A stretch of 62,897 bases of DNA, filler included, from 8 parts of 8 records of this genome joined end to end with filler, not necessarily neighbours in it, one strand, 5' to 3'. Shown: positions 51,036-61,224, counted from the whole stretch's first letter. The notes: a model not told the origin generated them from the sequence alone. Numbers and translations: made by a program.

Positions 51036-51200
51036 TTTTAGAACTCCCAGACAAACAGTCGGAATGGAACAAACAGCCCTATCCACCCTGATAATGTTGT
51101 TGTTTTTAACCTGTTTATCGTCCGCCTCTGGACTAACGCTTTCAACCCGGCAATACTGTTAAAACACTTGAATAACCCATCATTTTTATGGGGAGAACCG

Positions 51201-51638
51201 ATGAAACGTCAGCTTGATGAAACCGACCGCCGCCTGATTGCCAGATTGCAGGAAAATGCCCGAATCCCGACCGCGGCACTTGCCCGTGATGTTAGGCTGT
51301 CACGCAGTGCGGTTCAGGAACGCTTGGAGAGACTGGAAAAGTCGCAAACCATTGTGGGATATACGGTACGGCTTGGCGATAATGCCCGTCCGGTTTTACT
51401 CGCAGAAGTCATGATCCAGCTTGAACAAAAGCAATCCGCAGGTGTTGTTGGCGCATTGCAGAACATTCCGCACTGTATTCGCTGCCTTGCCATTTCCGGT
51501 GAATATGACCTGATTGCTGAAGTTGCGGCCAATACCCCCGAGGAACTGGATGCCGTATTGGACCGGATCGGTGAATTATCCGGAATAAAGCGCACTTCAA
51601 GTTCAATCATCCTTTCCACCAAATTCGATCGCCGCTAA
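51201..51638 (+). CDS. Lrp/AsnC regulator
   Basis: LDETDRRLIARLQENAR HTH, ISGEYDL; divergent from the dehydrogenase. Confidence 0.92.
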   Translation: MKRQLDETDRRLIARLQENARIPTAALARDVRLSRSAVQERLERLEKSQTIVGYTVRLGDNARPVLLAEVMIQLEQKQSAGVVGALQNIPHCIRCLAISGEYDLIAEVAANTPEELDAVLDRIGELSGIKRTSSSIILSTKFDRR

Positions 51639-51683
51639 GATGCTCCAAAGGTTGGGGAACCTATTTTCGGAAAGAAACACTGA

Positions 51684-53534
51684 GTGAGATCAAAACGCAG
51701 ATATTCTGTCCTTTCCGTCCTGTTGGCTGGCTTCATTAGCACCAGTGTCTTCGGCGTCGGTCTTTCCCTTTATGTCGGCCTTGGGACTGCCATTGAAAAC
51801 ACCCGAAATCTTTGGGTCATGCTGGCGGATATCGACCTGACATCAGTTCAGCGCACCATGAATGAACGCATGAACGAAGTGGATGAACGATCCGACTGGG
51901 TTGCCCAACAGGTCGCCGAAGGATCCCTTGATCCAAGCTTTCAGTATGGCTGGACCAATGCCATGCGCGCGCTTGCGGCGGCAGGCATGGATGTCATGGC
52001 CTATGGGTTGATTACCGGCGAACGGCAATTTATCGGCTTTAATCCCGAAGATATGAGCGACATCCGTCGCACCCTGCCGGCTGACGACATGCTGTTTTCC
52101 GAACTAGCGCAAATCCGCGGCCCGATCACCAATCGCACCGGCTTTCCGCGCTGGGACCCGTATTTCAACCGGACCGTTCTGACAAACTGGGTGCCCCTAT
52201 TTTATGACGGGCACTATGTTGGCACCTTCATTCAATATCTATCACTTTCCAATCTGTCAGACAGCTTGCTCAGAGGACGCGAAAACCTGCCGGGTACCCC
52301 GTTTATCTTGATCGCAGGCAACCGTGTCATGGCGCACCCGCGCCTAAGGGATTGGGGCGAGAACACAGCAAACGCCCTGATCAATGGTGCGGACATAGCA
52401 CGCAGCCCGATCCCCCTTCCGACCATTCATGACATTGGTGATCCGGTTCTTGCCAATCTGGGCAAATCCGAGAACATCAAAAACGATCAGAACGACACGC
52501 GTCAGAGTGGCGGCCTCAAGCTGTCAGGCCTTGATCTTGATGATAAATATCATCTGATCGTCACCCGGCAGGTCCTGGACGCACCGATTTCGCCGGTGAT
52601 TATTGGCATGCATTTCGACGAACGACTGTTTGATGATGAATGGAACCGCCTTGTTCTTGCGTCTATTCTTGGTGGTGGTGTTCTCGTACTTGCGATCCTG
52701 GTTGCGATCTTTATGTCCAAACAGTTCACCAAACCAATTCGACGCTTTGCCGCTGCTGCGCGCGCGTTCGAGGATGAAGACATCGCATCTGTTGACGTCC
52801 CGCAACTCGTCGGAAGTCGCATTCGCGAATATGACGATGCCGCCCGGTCATTCAACAATATGATGATGGCTGTGCATGATCGCGAACGCATTACCAGCCT
52901 GTTTGGTAAGTTCGTCCCGCAATCGATTGCCAAGAAACTTCTGGCATCGGGCAATGATTCCGGGGTCTTGCCCCCTCAACAATCAGAAGCAACCGTTCTG
53001 TTTATTGATATCGCTGGTTTTACGACCATGTGTGAGGCGCTTGATCCTAACCAGATTATTGCGATGCTAAATGACTATTTCGACTGTGCGACGCAAATCA
53101 TCGAATCCCATGGCGGTATCATCACCCAGTTCCAGGGCGATGCAATTTTGGCAGTCTATAACGTGTTTGATGATCTTGATCACCATGCTGACGCTGCCTT
53201 GGATAGCGCCATTGCCCTTCAACAGCAGGTCACAACCAGAACCTTTGAAGGGCTTAAAATCAAAGTCCGCTGCGGGGTAAATACGGGATCGATGGTTGCA
53301 GGTAATGTTGGTGCCAAAGCCCGACTTTCCTTTACCGTTCACGGCGATGCGGTCAATACCGCCTCACGGCTGGAACAGGAAAACAAGGTTCTTCATACTG
53401 ACATTCTGATTTCTGAAACCACGCGGGTTTTGCTTGTAGAGCCGGACCGGGTGATCAAAGCAGGCGAAGTCCTGTTGCGCGGCCGCCATAGCATGACGGG
53501 ACTTTATACTGTCCCGTCTGACAAAACTAAGTAA
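51684..53534 (+). CDS. Membrane class III nucleotidyl cyclase (periplasmic sensor, HAMP)
   Basis: Two TMs, HAMP, LFIDIAGFT, QFQGDA, GVNTG, GDAVNTASRLE. Confidence 0.9.
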   Translation: MRSKRRYSVLSVLLAGFISTSVFGVGLSLYVGLGTAIENTRNLWVMLADIDLTSVQRTMNERMNEVDERSDWVAQQVAEGSLDPSFQYGWTNAMRALAAAGMDVMAYGLITGERQFIGFNPEDMSDIRRTLPADDMLFSELAQIRGPITNRTGFPRWDPYFNRTVLTNWVPLFYDGHYVGTFIQYLSLSNLSDSLLRGRENLPGTPFILIAGNRVMAHPRLRDWGENTANALINGADIARSPIPLPTIHDIGDPVLANLGKSENIKNDQNDTRQSGGLKLSGLDLDDKYHLIVTRQVLDAPISPVIIGMHFDERLFDDEWNRLVLASILGGGVLVLAILVAIFMSKQFTKPIRRFAAAARAFEDEDIASVDVPQLVGSRIREYDDAARSFNNMMMAVHDRERITSLFGKFVPQSIAKKLLASGNDSGVLPPQQSEATVLFIDIAGFTTMCEALDPNQIIAMLNDYFDCATQIIESHGGIITQFQGDAILAVYNVFDDLDHHADAALDSAIALQQQVTTRTFEGLKIKVRCGVNTGSMVAGNVGAKARLSFTVHGDAVNTASRLEQENKVLHTDILISETTRVLLVEPDRVIKAGEVLLRGRHSMTGLYTVPSDKTK

Positions 53535-53659
53535 GGAGAATGCCCAACATGGGCCTTCCCCTTTTTAAAAGTCATTGTTGCATAGAGTAACGGGCACAAT
53601 TGGGCGTAACCGGGATGATCAACATTCCATAACGGCCGACCAATCCCAGGGGAACTTTA

Positions 53660-55516
53660 ATGGCACGACGTCAACGACGCCTTTCAATTTTCGCTGTATT
53701 GCTCAGCGGGGTACTCCTAAGCAGCGTTGGCGGCGTTGGCATGTCGCTTTATTTCGGCGTGCAAACAACAATTGAAAACACCCGCGATCTTTGGATCACC
53801 ATGACCAGCGCGGATCTTGCCAATGCCGAACGCGCTGTCGAAAATCGCATCACCCGTCTTGCCAACCGTAACAGATGGATTGCCTCGAAAATCGCCGAAG
53901 GGCGGATTGATCCCAAAACCCCTTCCTTCTGGATCGATAATATTTCTTCGCTTATTGCCAGTGACACGGACATTGCCGCCATCGGATTGACGACACCCGA
54001 TGGCGAGTTTTATGGCTATGATCCTAAAACACATCAGTTTCTGAACACAAAAGCAGACCTTCTTGATGGCATTCTTGCTGAACAGCTCCCGCTTTTTGGT
54101 CCGGGGCCAAGCCAAACCCTGTTTCCATACTGGCAAAGTGCACTTCGTCAGGTCGTTATCGGCGAAGCCATTCCGGTTTTCCAGAATGGCCAATATCTTG
54201 GTCTGTTGATTCAATATCTGACATTGCCCGGCTTGTCGCGAACCCTTCCAAAACAGGAAGAAGGCGACGGGCGCACGGCCTTTATCATCGTCGATGATCA
54301 CATTATCGCCCATCCCAGCCTGTCAAACTGGCAACGGGTCAACATGCGCGCAGACGACAGTCCATTTGTCCCCAAAACCATCGAAGAAACCACAAGTGTC
54401 CTGCCACGCATTGATGAAATTGGCGATGCGGTCCTTGCACAACGCGCGCGCTGGCGCCCCGTGGATTTGGGCAACAGCATTAAATACGCACTTGATCAGC
54501 GCCTTGATGTTTCTCAGGTCCAGATCAATTCGATCTACAGCATTATTGTTACCCGCGATGCACTGCAATCTTCGGCAGTACCGATTACATTTGGCATGCA
54601 TTTCGAACCATCCGTTTTTGAAACCGAAGGTCGTCGCATCGATAATCTGATCATGATCGGCGCTGCGGTACTACTGAGTGCGCTGATCGGGGCCGCTGCC
54701 ATTGCGCACTATTTCTCTCGTCCGTTACGACGGTTCTCGTCTGCGACCCGGCAGCTGGAGGACGGCGACCTTCGATCCCTTCCCAAGCTCCCTTCAAGCA
54801 TCGTCACAGAGTTCAATGATGCTGCGACTTCCTTTAATCATATGGTCGCCACCCTGAATGACCGCGAACGCATTGGACGGCTGTTTGGTAAGTTCCTGCC
54901 ACCAGCAATTGCCGAACAACTTCTTGCCTCGGAAAGCGATGCAGGCACAATCGCACCACATAAATGCGTTGCCAGCATCCTGTTTGTTGATTTGCAAGGC
55001 TTCACAAGCATGAGCGAAAAGGCAGACCCCCAAGACGTTGTCGATACCCTGAACGCCTATTTCGCCGATGCAACGGCCATCATTGAAAACAACAAGGGGA
55101 TCATCACCCAGTATCAGGGCGATGCAATTCTGGCTGTCTTTAACGCGGTTGGAGAATTACCCGATCATGCCGATGCCGCACTTGAGACCGCAATCTCGCT
55201 GCAGGAACTTGTTCATGCCAAACAGTTCAATGGCATAACCTTGCGATGCCGTTGCGGGGTCAATACGGGCGAGCTGGTTGCAGGAAGTGTCGGCGCACCA
55301 GACAGGTTGTCCTTCACCGTCAATGGTGATGCGGTCAATAGTGCGGCCCGGCTTGAAGCCATGAATAAGGAACTGGGGACCAAAATCCTGATTGGTGAAA
55401 CCACACGCAATCAGCTAAGTGACCCGTCCCGCGCCTTTCTTGCCAAAGAAGTCCTGCTACGCGGGCGCAGCGAAACAACGGCCGTTTATACCGTCACGCT
55501 GGACGGCATTGATTAA
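53660..55516 (+). CDS. Membrane class III nucleotidyl cyclase, tandem paralogue
   Basis: Same architecture; LFVDLQGFT, QYQGDA, GVNTG, GDAVNSAARLE. Confidence 0.9.
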   Translation: MARRQRRLSIFAVLLSGVLLSSVGGVGMSLYFGVQTTIENTRDLWITMTSADLANAERAVENRITRLANRNRWIASKIAEGRIDPKTPSFWIDNISSLIASDTDIAAIGLTTPDGEFYGYDPKTHQFLNTKADLLDGILAEQLPLFGPGPSQTLFPYWQSALRQVVIGEAIPVFQNGQYLGLLIQYLTLPGLSRTLPKQEEGDGRTAFIIVDDHIIAHPSLSNWQRVNMRADDSPFVPKTIEETTSVLPRIDEIGDAVLAQRARWRPVDLGNSIKYALDQRLDVSQVQINSIYSIIVTRDALQSSAVPITFGMHFEPSVFETEGRRIDNLIMIGAAVLLSALIGAAAIAHYFSRPLRRFSSATRQLEDGDLRSLPKLPSSIVTEFNDAATSFNHMVATLNDRERIGRLFGKFLPPAIAEQLLASESDAGTIAPHKCVASILFVDLQGFTSMSEKADPQDVVDTLNAYFADATAIIENNKGIITQYQGDAILAVFNAVGELPDHADAALETAISLQELVHAKQFNGITLRCRCGVNTGELVAGSVGAPDRLSFTVNGDAVNSAARLEAMNKELGTKILIGETTRNQLSDPSRAFLAKEVLLRGRSETTAVYTVTLDGID

Positions 55517-55554
55517 GGCCTGAAAGACGACACAAATCGCAAAGCGACAAACAA

Positions 55555-55591
55555 CAAAACGCCGCACTGGATAACCCGGTGCGGCGTTTTG
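55555..55591. terminator. Bidirectional terminator
   Basis: CAAAACGCCGCACTGG / CCGGTGCGGCGTTTTG. Confidence 0.85.
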
Positions 55592-55620
55592 TAAAACCTG
55601 TAGAAACAAGGTACCGGGAA

Positions 55621-55675
55621 TTAACCCTGGCGAGCCTTGAAACGTGGGTTCTTTTTATTGATCACGTATACGCGG
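55621..55675 (-). CDS. rpmJ: 50S ribosomal protein L36, zinc-free type, C-terminus (5' truncated)
   Basis: RVYVINKKNPRFKARQG*; not in the ORF track. Confidence 0.9.
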
Positions 55676-55775
55676 NNNNNNNNNNNNNNNNNNNNNNNNN
55701 NNNNNNNNNNNNNNNNNNNTTAATTAATTAANNNNNNNNNNNNNNNNNNNNNNNNNNNNNNNNNNNNNNNNNNNN
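55676..55775. other. Artificial contig-joining spacer
   Basis: N44-TTAATTAATTAA-N44. Confidence 0.98.
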
Positions 55776-56639
55776 TGGGAATCCTCCTGGAATTTGGTCA
55801 ATAGGTTGGTAGTCTAGGTTTAGTGCATACGCACCGACTGAAACTACCAGTAATGCCACCAAGGTACTTGGTATTTTAGTAGTTATTTTTTTGAAACCAA
55901 AAATTATTAAAATGGTAAGCGAAGCTAAAATAAACTCTAACCAATTTATAAATGAAAGGGCTCTAGGCAATGCTTTAATTGCGCCGGCTACACCAGAGTT
56001 TTCTGCTTTTGCTAGCGTTTTTGCTTCTTGTAAAATTTCTTCTTCTGAAATTTTTTCAGAGCGTTCTACGGTTTCTCTAAAATCTTCAAGAACCAAAATG
56101 CCTTCACCAGCTTCGTCCTTAAGGATTTTTGTCATTAATACTTCTTCAGCTTTTGGCTTGAAGGTTTCAATAAAAGCGGTGTCATTTTCAGTATAATATC
56201 CTAAAACAGGAAGTAGTTGCGTAATTAAAATTATCACCCCAATTGCCGTCATAAATCCTGAAACCACGGGATATGGAATGTACTTTATGTATTTACCAAC
56301 GCCTGTAATGCCTAATAAAATCTGCATTAAACCTGCCATTAAAAAAACAAGTAAAATGTAAGGCATGGCTACTTCTACATCGCCATTATTTGCGGCAATA
56401 ATACCTGCAACCATCACCATGGATACAGCCGTCATTGGAGCTGTTGGGCCTGAAATTTGGGTATTCGTACCTCCGAAAAGTGAAGCAAAAAATCCAATAA
56501 ATATGGCGCCATACAATCCTGCATCGGGACCTAGCCCAGATTGCACCCCGAAAGCTAAGGCTAGTGGAAGTGCAACAATACCAGCGGTAATACCGCCAAA
56601 TAGGTTTCCTCTAAAATTTGAGAATATATTTTTAGTCAT
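55776..56639 (-). CDS. SulP/SLC26 anion transporter, BicA-like (3' truncated)
   Basis: GGITAGIVALPLALAFGVQSG, GGTNTQISGPTAPM, IPYPVVSGFM. Confidence 0.9.
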
Positions 56640-56872
56640 AATTATTGGGTATTAATTCATTAAAAATTTCGTTTTCACAACGGGTTCATTACAATTTCAG
56701 TTGTAATATATTTTTTGAACTTAGTCATGAAATCGTTACTAATTTAATCTTTTCAAGGTCAAAACAATTGATTTATGCCGTTGATTATCAAAAAGTTATA
56801 AATTGGATAGTATTAATAGTTCAATTAACACTATCCAATCTTTTTTTGCTCTTTATCAATTAACAATATCTT

Positions 56873-57502
56873 TTATTCTATAAAAGAAACAGCTCCAGTG
56901 TTGATATCGTACATAGCACCTACAACATCAATTTCGTTTTTGTCTTCCATTTCTTTTAATACGGGGCTTAAGCTTCTTATTTTATCAATAGTAAGGCTTA
57001 CATTTTTTTCAGCGACAGCATCTACAAAATCGAGGTTTTTAGAGTTTCGTAGCGATTCTTCTTTTGGAAGTGGGACTGCTTGTACCGCTGGTTTTATTTT
57101 TTCAAGCATCGTTGTAAGATTTCCCATTTTGGCATCATCACATGCTCCTTTTATTGCGCCACAGCTGGTGTGCCCTAATACAACAATTAGTTTGGTTCCT
57201 GCCAATTTAGAAGCAAACTCCATGCTTCCTAGAATATCTTCATTGACGAAATTTCCAGCAATTCGCACACTAAAAATATCTCCTAAACCTTGGTCGAAAA
57301 CCAGTTCTGCAGATACTCTTGAATCAATACAACTTAAAATAGTAGCAAAAGGAAATTGGCCATCACTTGTATCATTAACCTGCTCTAACAGATTTCTATT
57401 TGCTTTTAAGTTATTTTGAAACCTTTGGTTTCCTTCTTTTAAATATTGTAATGCTTTTTGAGGCGTCATTGTAGCCTGTGTTTCTCTTGTATGTGCTTTC
57501 AT
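56873..57502 (-). CDS. Beta-class carbonic anhydrase
   Basis: LKEGNQRF, CIDSR, HTSCGA zinc ligands. Confidence 0.95.
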   Translation of the reverse strand: MKAHTRETQATMTPQKALQYLKEGNQRFQNNLKANRNLLEQVNDTSDGQFPFATILSCIDSRVSAELVFDQGLGDIFSVRIAGNFVNEDILGSMEFASKLAGTKLIVVLGHTSCGAIKGACDDAKMGNLTTMLEKIKPAVQAVPLPKEESLRNSKNLDFVDAVAEKNVSLTIDKIRSLSPVLKEMEDKNEIDVVGAMYDINTGAVSFIE

Positions 57503-57517
57503 AATATTTTAATTTTT

Positions 57518-58333
57518 TTATAATGAATTGTTTAATTGTAGTTTCTCTCTGTTTACTAAAAGGGAAACATTTAGATTGTCCATTGCTTCTTTAATGTTTG
57601 ATTCTGCAAGGGAAACCCCATTTTTTCTATTAATGCACAATAAATTAATATTGTTTACAGAAATATATTTTGATACGTTTTTAACTGCATTATCACCTTG
57701 CTCAAACGTGTATGCTTCTGTCTGTATAGGTGATGTAGTTTTGTTTAATTCAGAATCCTTTTTTGAAAGAATATTAAATGATTTTAAAGGCGTTTCTGAA
57801 TTTGCTAATAATGCTGCCGCAAAATCAATATTGAATGAATGCGTAACATCATTAAACAAGCCAATCGCAACTTTTTTATTTGGCTCGATTGCATTTTTTT
57901 CAGCAGCTATAAACACAACTCCTTCAAAATTAGTGAGCATAAAATGTGTAAGGCTATCACCAATAAACTTTAATCGTTTTGGTTTTCTTTTTCCAAGAAC
58001 AACAATGTCTGGTTTGGTTTCTTTAATATAATCTTTAATTTCATTTTTTACATTTCCTATGGTAAAACTATAGCTGATTGGCATCCCAAATTCTTCTGAA
58101 ATTGGTGTAATAAGCTGTTGTATATTTTTACTAATTAGGTGATGCTCTTCTTTAATATTTCGAATTGCTGAAAGTTGATTATCTCTAACTACAACGTCAG
58201 TGGGTTTTTTAACGTGAAAAAAATCAATTTGCCCACCAATCATCTTGGCTAGACTAACTGTACTTTTTAAGGTGTTTTCAGTAGTTTTTTTCAAATCTGA
58301 AAGCACGAGTATTTTATAATTATTATTTTTCAT
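57518..58333 (-). CDS. Universal stress protein-like
   Basis: KILVLSDL, PDIVVLGKR..IGDS.T. Confidence 0.75.
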   Translation of the reverse strand: MKNNNYKILVLSDLKKTTENTLKSTVSLAKMIGGQIDFFHVKKPTDVVVRDNQLSAIRNIKEEHHLISKNIQQLITPISEEFGMPISYSFTIGNVKNEIKDYIKETKPDIVVLGKRKPKRLKFIGDSLTHFMLTNFEGVVFIAAEKNAIEPNKKVAIGLFNDVTHSFNIDFAAALLANSETPLKSFNILSKKDSELNKTTSPIQTEAYTFEQGDNAVKNVSKYISVNNINLLCINRKNGVSLAESNIKEAMDNLNVSLLVNREKLQLNNSL

Positions 58334-58343
58334 AGGATTTCGT

Positions 58344-59924
58344 TTAAGCAGATTTAGGTCTTAATTTGAAAAACTCAATAAAGCTTTCAGGATTTTCAAC
58401 TATTTCTCTTTCTGAAATTAATTTGATATCTATATTTCGCTCTTTAGCTTTAAATGCGAAATCATCCAATATTTCAATAATATCGTTATCTAAAAATCGT
58501 GTTTTGGTAACATCCAGCTCTAAGTAGGTATCTCTTGGCAAGCTATCTAGTTCATTTAAGATTGCACCTTTATTAAAAAATGTAACTTCTTCAGCAAGGG
58601 TCATTTTTATTTTATGCTTTCCATTACTTTTATCTTCAATATGAAGAAAGTGTGAGTTTTGGTAGCTTTTAATCAAAATAACAACCACTCCAACGCCTAT
58701 TCCTAAACCAATACCAGTTAATAAATCGGTGAAAACAATACCTAAAACAGTAACAATAAAAGGAATCCACTGCTTCCAACCTTGTTTGTACATTTGTTTA
58801 AATAAGGATGGTTTTGCCAGTTTATAGCCTACAACTAATAATATTGCTGCTAAAACAGATAAAGGAATCATATTCAGTAAGCGAGGTATAATAATTACCG
58901 AAATCAGTAAAAGAAACCCATGAAGGATTGTTGCTAATTTCGTTTTTCCACCCGACTGAATATTTGCCGAACTTCTTACAATTACTTGTGTAATAGGTAA
59001 GCCTCCAATTAAACCAGAAATAACATTACCTGTCCCTTGTGCCAATAACTCTCTGTTAGTAGGAGTTACGTTTTTATCAGGATCAATTTTATCGGAAGCT
59101 TCAACACACAATAATGTTTCTAAACTTGCTACCAATGCAATAGTAAAAGCAACCACCCAAACATCCATATTGGTAATTACTGCAAAATTTGGAAAACTAA
59201 ATTGACCTAAAAATGAATCAAGGTTATCTGGGATAGGCACTTCAACTAAATGCTTTCCATTTATGGCAAAATAACTATTTCCTTGAGTTACAATATGAAA
59301 TAAAATACCAAGTACAACTACCACGAATGGTCCTTGAATAATCTTAAATAATTTAGATTTTTTTGTTAAAACTTTATCCCAAAGAATTAAAAGCAATAAA
59401 CTTATAATTCCAATTAAAGCGGCACCTGGCGTTACATTTCCTATTATAGCAAACAATTCTGAGAAGGTATTACCACCGTCAATTTCAAAAAACACTAGAT
59501 CCCAGGCAGATTCTTCATCATACCCAAAAAAGTTAGGAATTTGTTTTAATATAATAATTATTCCAATCCCCGTCAGCATTCCTTTAATAACAGATGAAGG
59601 AAAATAATAACCAATAATTCCTGCTTTTAAAACTCCAAAAAGAATTTGAATAATTCCTCCTAAAACAACGGCTACAAGAAAATTTTCATAACCGCCTAAA
59701 GTACCTATGGCAGTTAAAACTATAGCAGCCAATCCTGCCGCGGGACCACTAACTCCAACTTTAGAACCACTTAAGGCTCCAACAACAACTCCTCCAATAA
59801 TACCAGCAATTAAGCCGGAAAACAAAGGTGCACCACTTGCAAGCGCAATACCTAAACACAATGGTAAGGCAACAAAAAACACGACAATACTTGCCGGCAA
59901 GTCATTTTTAATATTTTTAAACAT
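58344..59924 (-). CDS. SulP/SLC26 anion transporter with short STAS domain
   Basis: ASIVVFFVALPLCLGIALASGAP, VSGPAAGL, NRELLAQG.GN, VIVRSSAN. Confidence 0.93.
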   Translation of the reverse strand: MFKNIKNDLPASIVVFFVALPLCLGIALASGAPLFSGLIAGIIGGVVVGALSGSKVGVSGPAAGLAAIVLTAIGTLGGYENFLVAVVLGGIIQILFGVLKAGIIGYYFPSSVIKGMLTGIGIIIILKQIPNFFGYDEESAWDLVFFEIDGGNTFSELFAIIGNVTPGAALIGIISLLLLILWDKVLTKKSKLFKIIQGPFVVVVLGILFHIVTQGNSYFAINGKHLVEVPIPDNLDSFLGQFSFPNFAVITNMDVWVVAFTIALVASLETLLCVEASDKIDPDKNVTPTNRELLAQGTGNVISGLIGGLPITQVIVRSSANIQSGGKTKLATILHGFLLLISVIIIPRLLNMIPLSVLAAILLVVGYKLAKPSLFKQMYKQGWKQWIPFIVTVLGIVFTDLLTGIGLGIGVGVVVILIKSYQNSHFLHIEDKSNGKHKIKMTLAEEVTFFNKGAILNELDSLPRDTYLELDVTKTRFLDNDIIEILDDFAFKAKERNIDIKLISEREIVENPESFIEFFKLRPKSA

Positions 59925-60072
59925 AAATTTTTTACACTATAATACTTACAGAAAACCTGTAATTTTTAAATTAATAATTTGATAGATTGAATACAGTCCG
60001 AGCAATACATATTGTCGGATATTATTCAAGAAACCCTTCCTTTTTGGAAAGATTAAAAAGATGTAAAAATGA

Positions 60073-60366
60073 TTATGCTAATTTTGGCGGAGGTGAAACC
60101 ACATCCAGAAATACCATCTTGTAGTTATTTAGATAGTATTGAAAATTATTTTTTTGTTGTTTTAAGAATTGAATAGCCGCTAAACTGGACTTTAAATCAT
60201 TCACTTGATATTCTGAAACTAACTTAGGAAGTTTAACAGAATTTTCCTCTTCATTCATTGAAAAGAAGGCAGAAACATCTGCTTGATTCCCAGAAATAGT
60301 AATAATAGCAGGCGTTACAAGAAAACTTGTAAATACTATTAGAAGAAAAATACTGGTTAACCTCAA
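60073..60366 (-). CDS. Small protein with N-terminal hydrophobic segment and C-terminal SPPP (candidate regulatory uORF)
   Basis: TTG start 20 nt after the TATTTTTG promoter element (60387-60394, minus); 97 aa; ends DVVSPPPKLA. Confidence 0.7.
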   Translation of the reverse strand: MRLTSIFLLIVFTSFLVTPAIITISGNQADVSAFFSMNEEENSVKLPKLVSEYQVNDLKSSLAAIQFLKQQKNNFQYYLNNYKMVFLDVVSPPPKLA

Positions 60367-60433
60367 GCGAATTTTTTTTAAGAGAACAAAAATAAGTGTT
60401 TGAAGATTATTTCCTGTTAAGTAAATATTAAAA

Positions 60434-61222
60434 CTAAAGCTGTTTTAAGTCGGTAGCAGGAATCCAACCGTCTTTTCCATCTGCCAAAGTTATACGGTAC
60501 CAATTTCCGTCTTGCGCAGCAATTTGAACTTTAGTGCCTTCATGAAGTGTAAACGCCACATTACTGCCCATAGAGGGTTCTGTTTTTACTTCAATTTCAC
60601 TTGTAAAAATAATTGCGGGTTGGTTTTTTGAATTATCGCCATAAACCAAAAATGCCATCGTTAACGAAGTAACCAAAAATAACCCAATAATCATTGAACT
60701 AACAAAAAGCAATCGTTTTCTTCTTTCCGTAAATGCGAAATAATAAAAAAGAAATAAAGCCACAAAAAATACAGAAAATGCGACTGCTAAAATTGCCCAA
60801 CCTTCAAAAGTAAATATGGTTGAAACGTTTTCATACCATTTAGCAAAAACAGTTTTGGGTAAAGGTTCTATGGAGTCAATTCGAGCGTTTTCGGCATATG
60901 CCAAGTTGTTTTTTATATCAGCATCGTTAGGAGAAAGCTGGAGCGCTTTTTCGTAATAATAAACACTCGGCCCAATATGATTCAATTTATACTGCGCATT
61001 TCCTAAGTTGAAATAAAGCTCTGCTGAATGCTCACCTTTCTCTAAAATTTCCATCCAAACATTAACTGCTTGTTGGTATTTTCCGTTTTTATAAAGTTCC
61101 TTTCCTTGTTCAAAAAGATTTTGATTTTGTGAAAAAGCAGAAAATGAAAGAAAAACCAACCCGAAAAAGAGAAAGATTTTCCCTTGAAATTTTTTAGCCT
61201 TTTTATTTATTTCGTTATTCAT
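60434..61222 (-). CDS. batE: BatE (TPR, TM, SH3-like)
   Basis: YFNLGNA..K TPR, LHEGTKV..DGKDGWI; follows batD. Confidence 0.88.
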   Translation of the reverse strand: MNNEINKKAKKFQGKIFLFFGLVFLSFSAFSQNQNLFEQGKELYKNGKYQQAVNVWMEILEKGEHSAELYFNLGNAQYKLNHIGPSVYYYEKALQLSPNDADIKNNLAYAENARIDSIEPLPKTVFAKWYENVSTIFTFEGWAILAVAFSVFFVALFLFYYFAFTERRKRLLFVSSMIIGLFLVTSLTMAFLVYGDNSKNQPAIIFTSEIEVKTEPSMGSNVAFTLHEGTKVQIAAQDGNWYRITLADGKDGWIPATDLKQL

Positions 61223-61224
61223 AA

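Noticed and set aside
55621-55675. Zinc-free L36 as a zinc-starvation paralogue
   Set aside because: This type is the usual L36 in alphaproteobacteria, and the promoter is not visible
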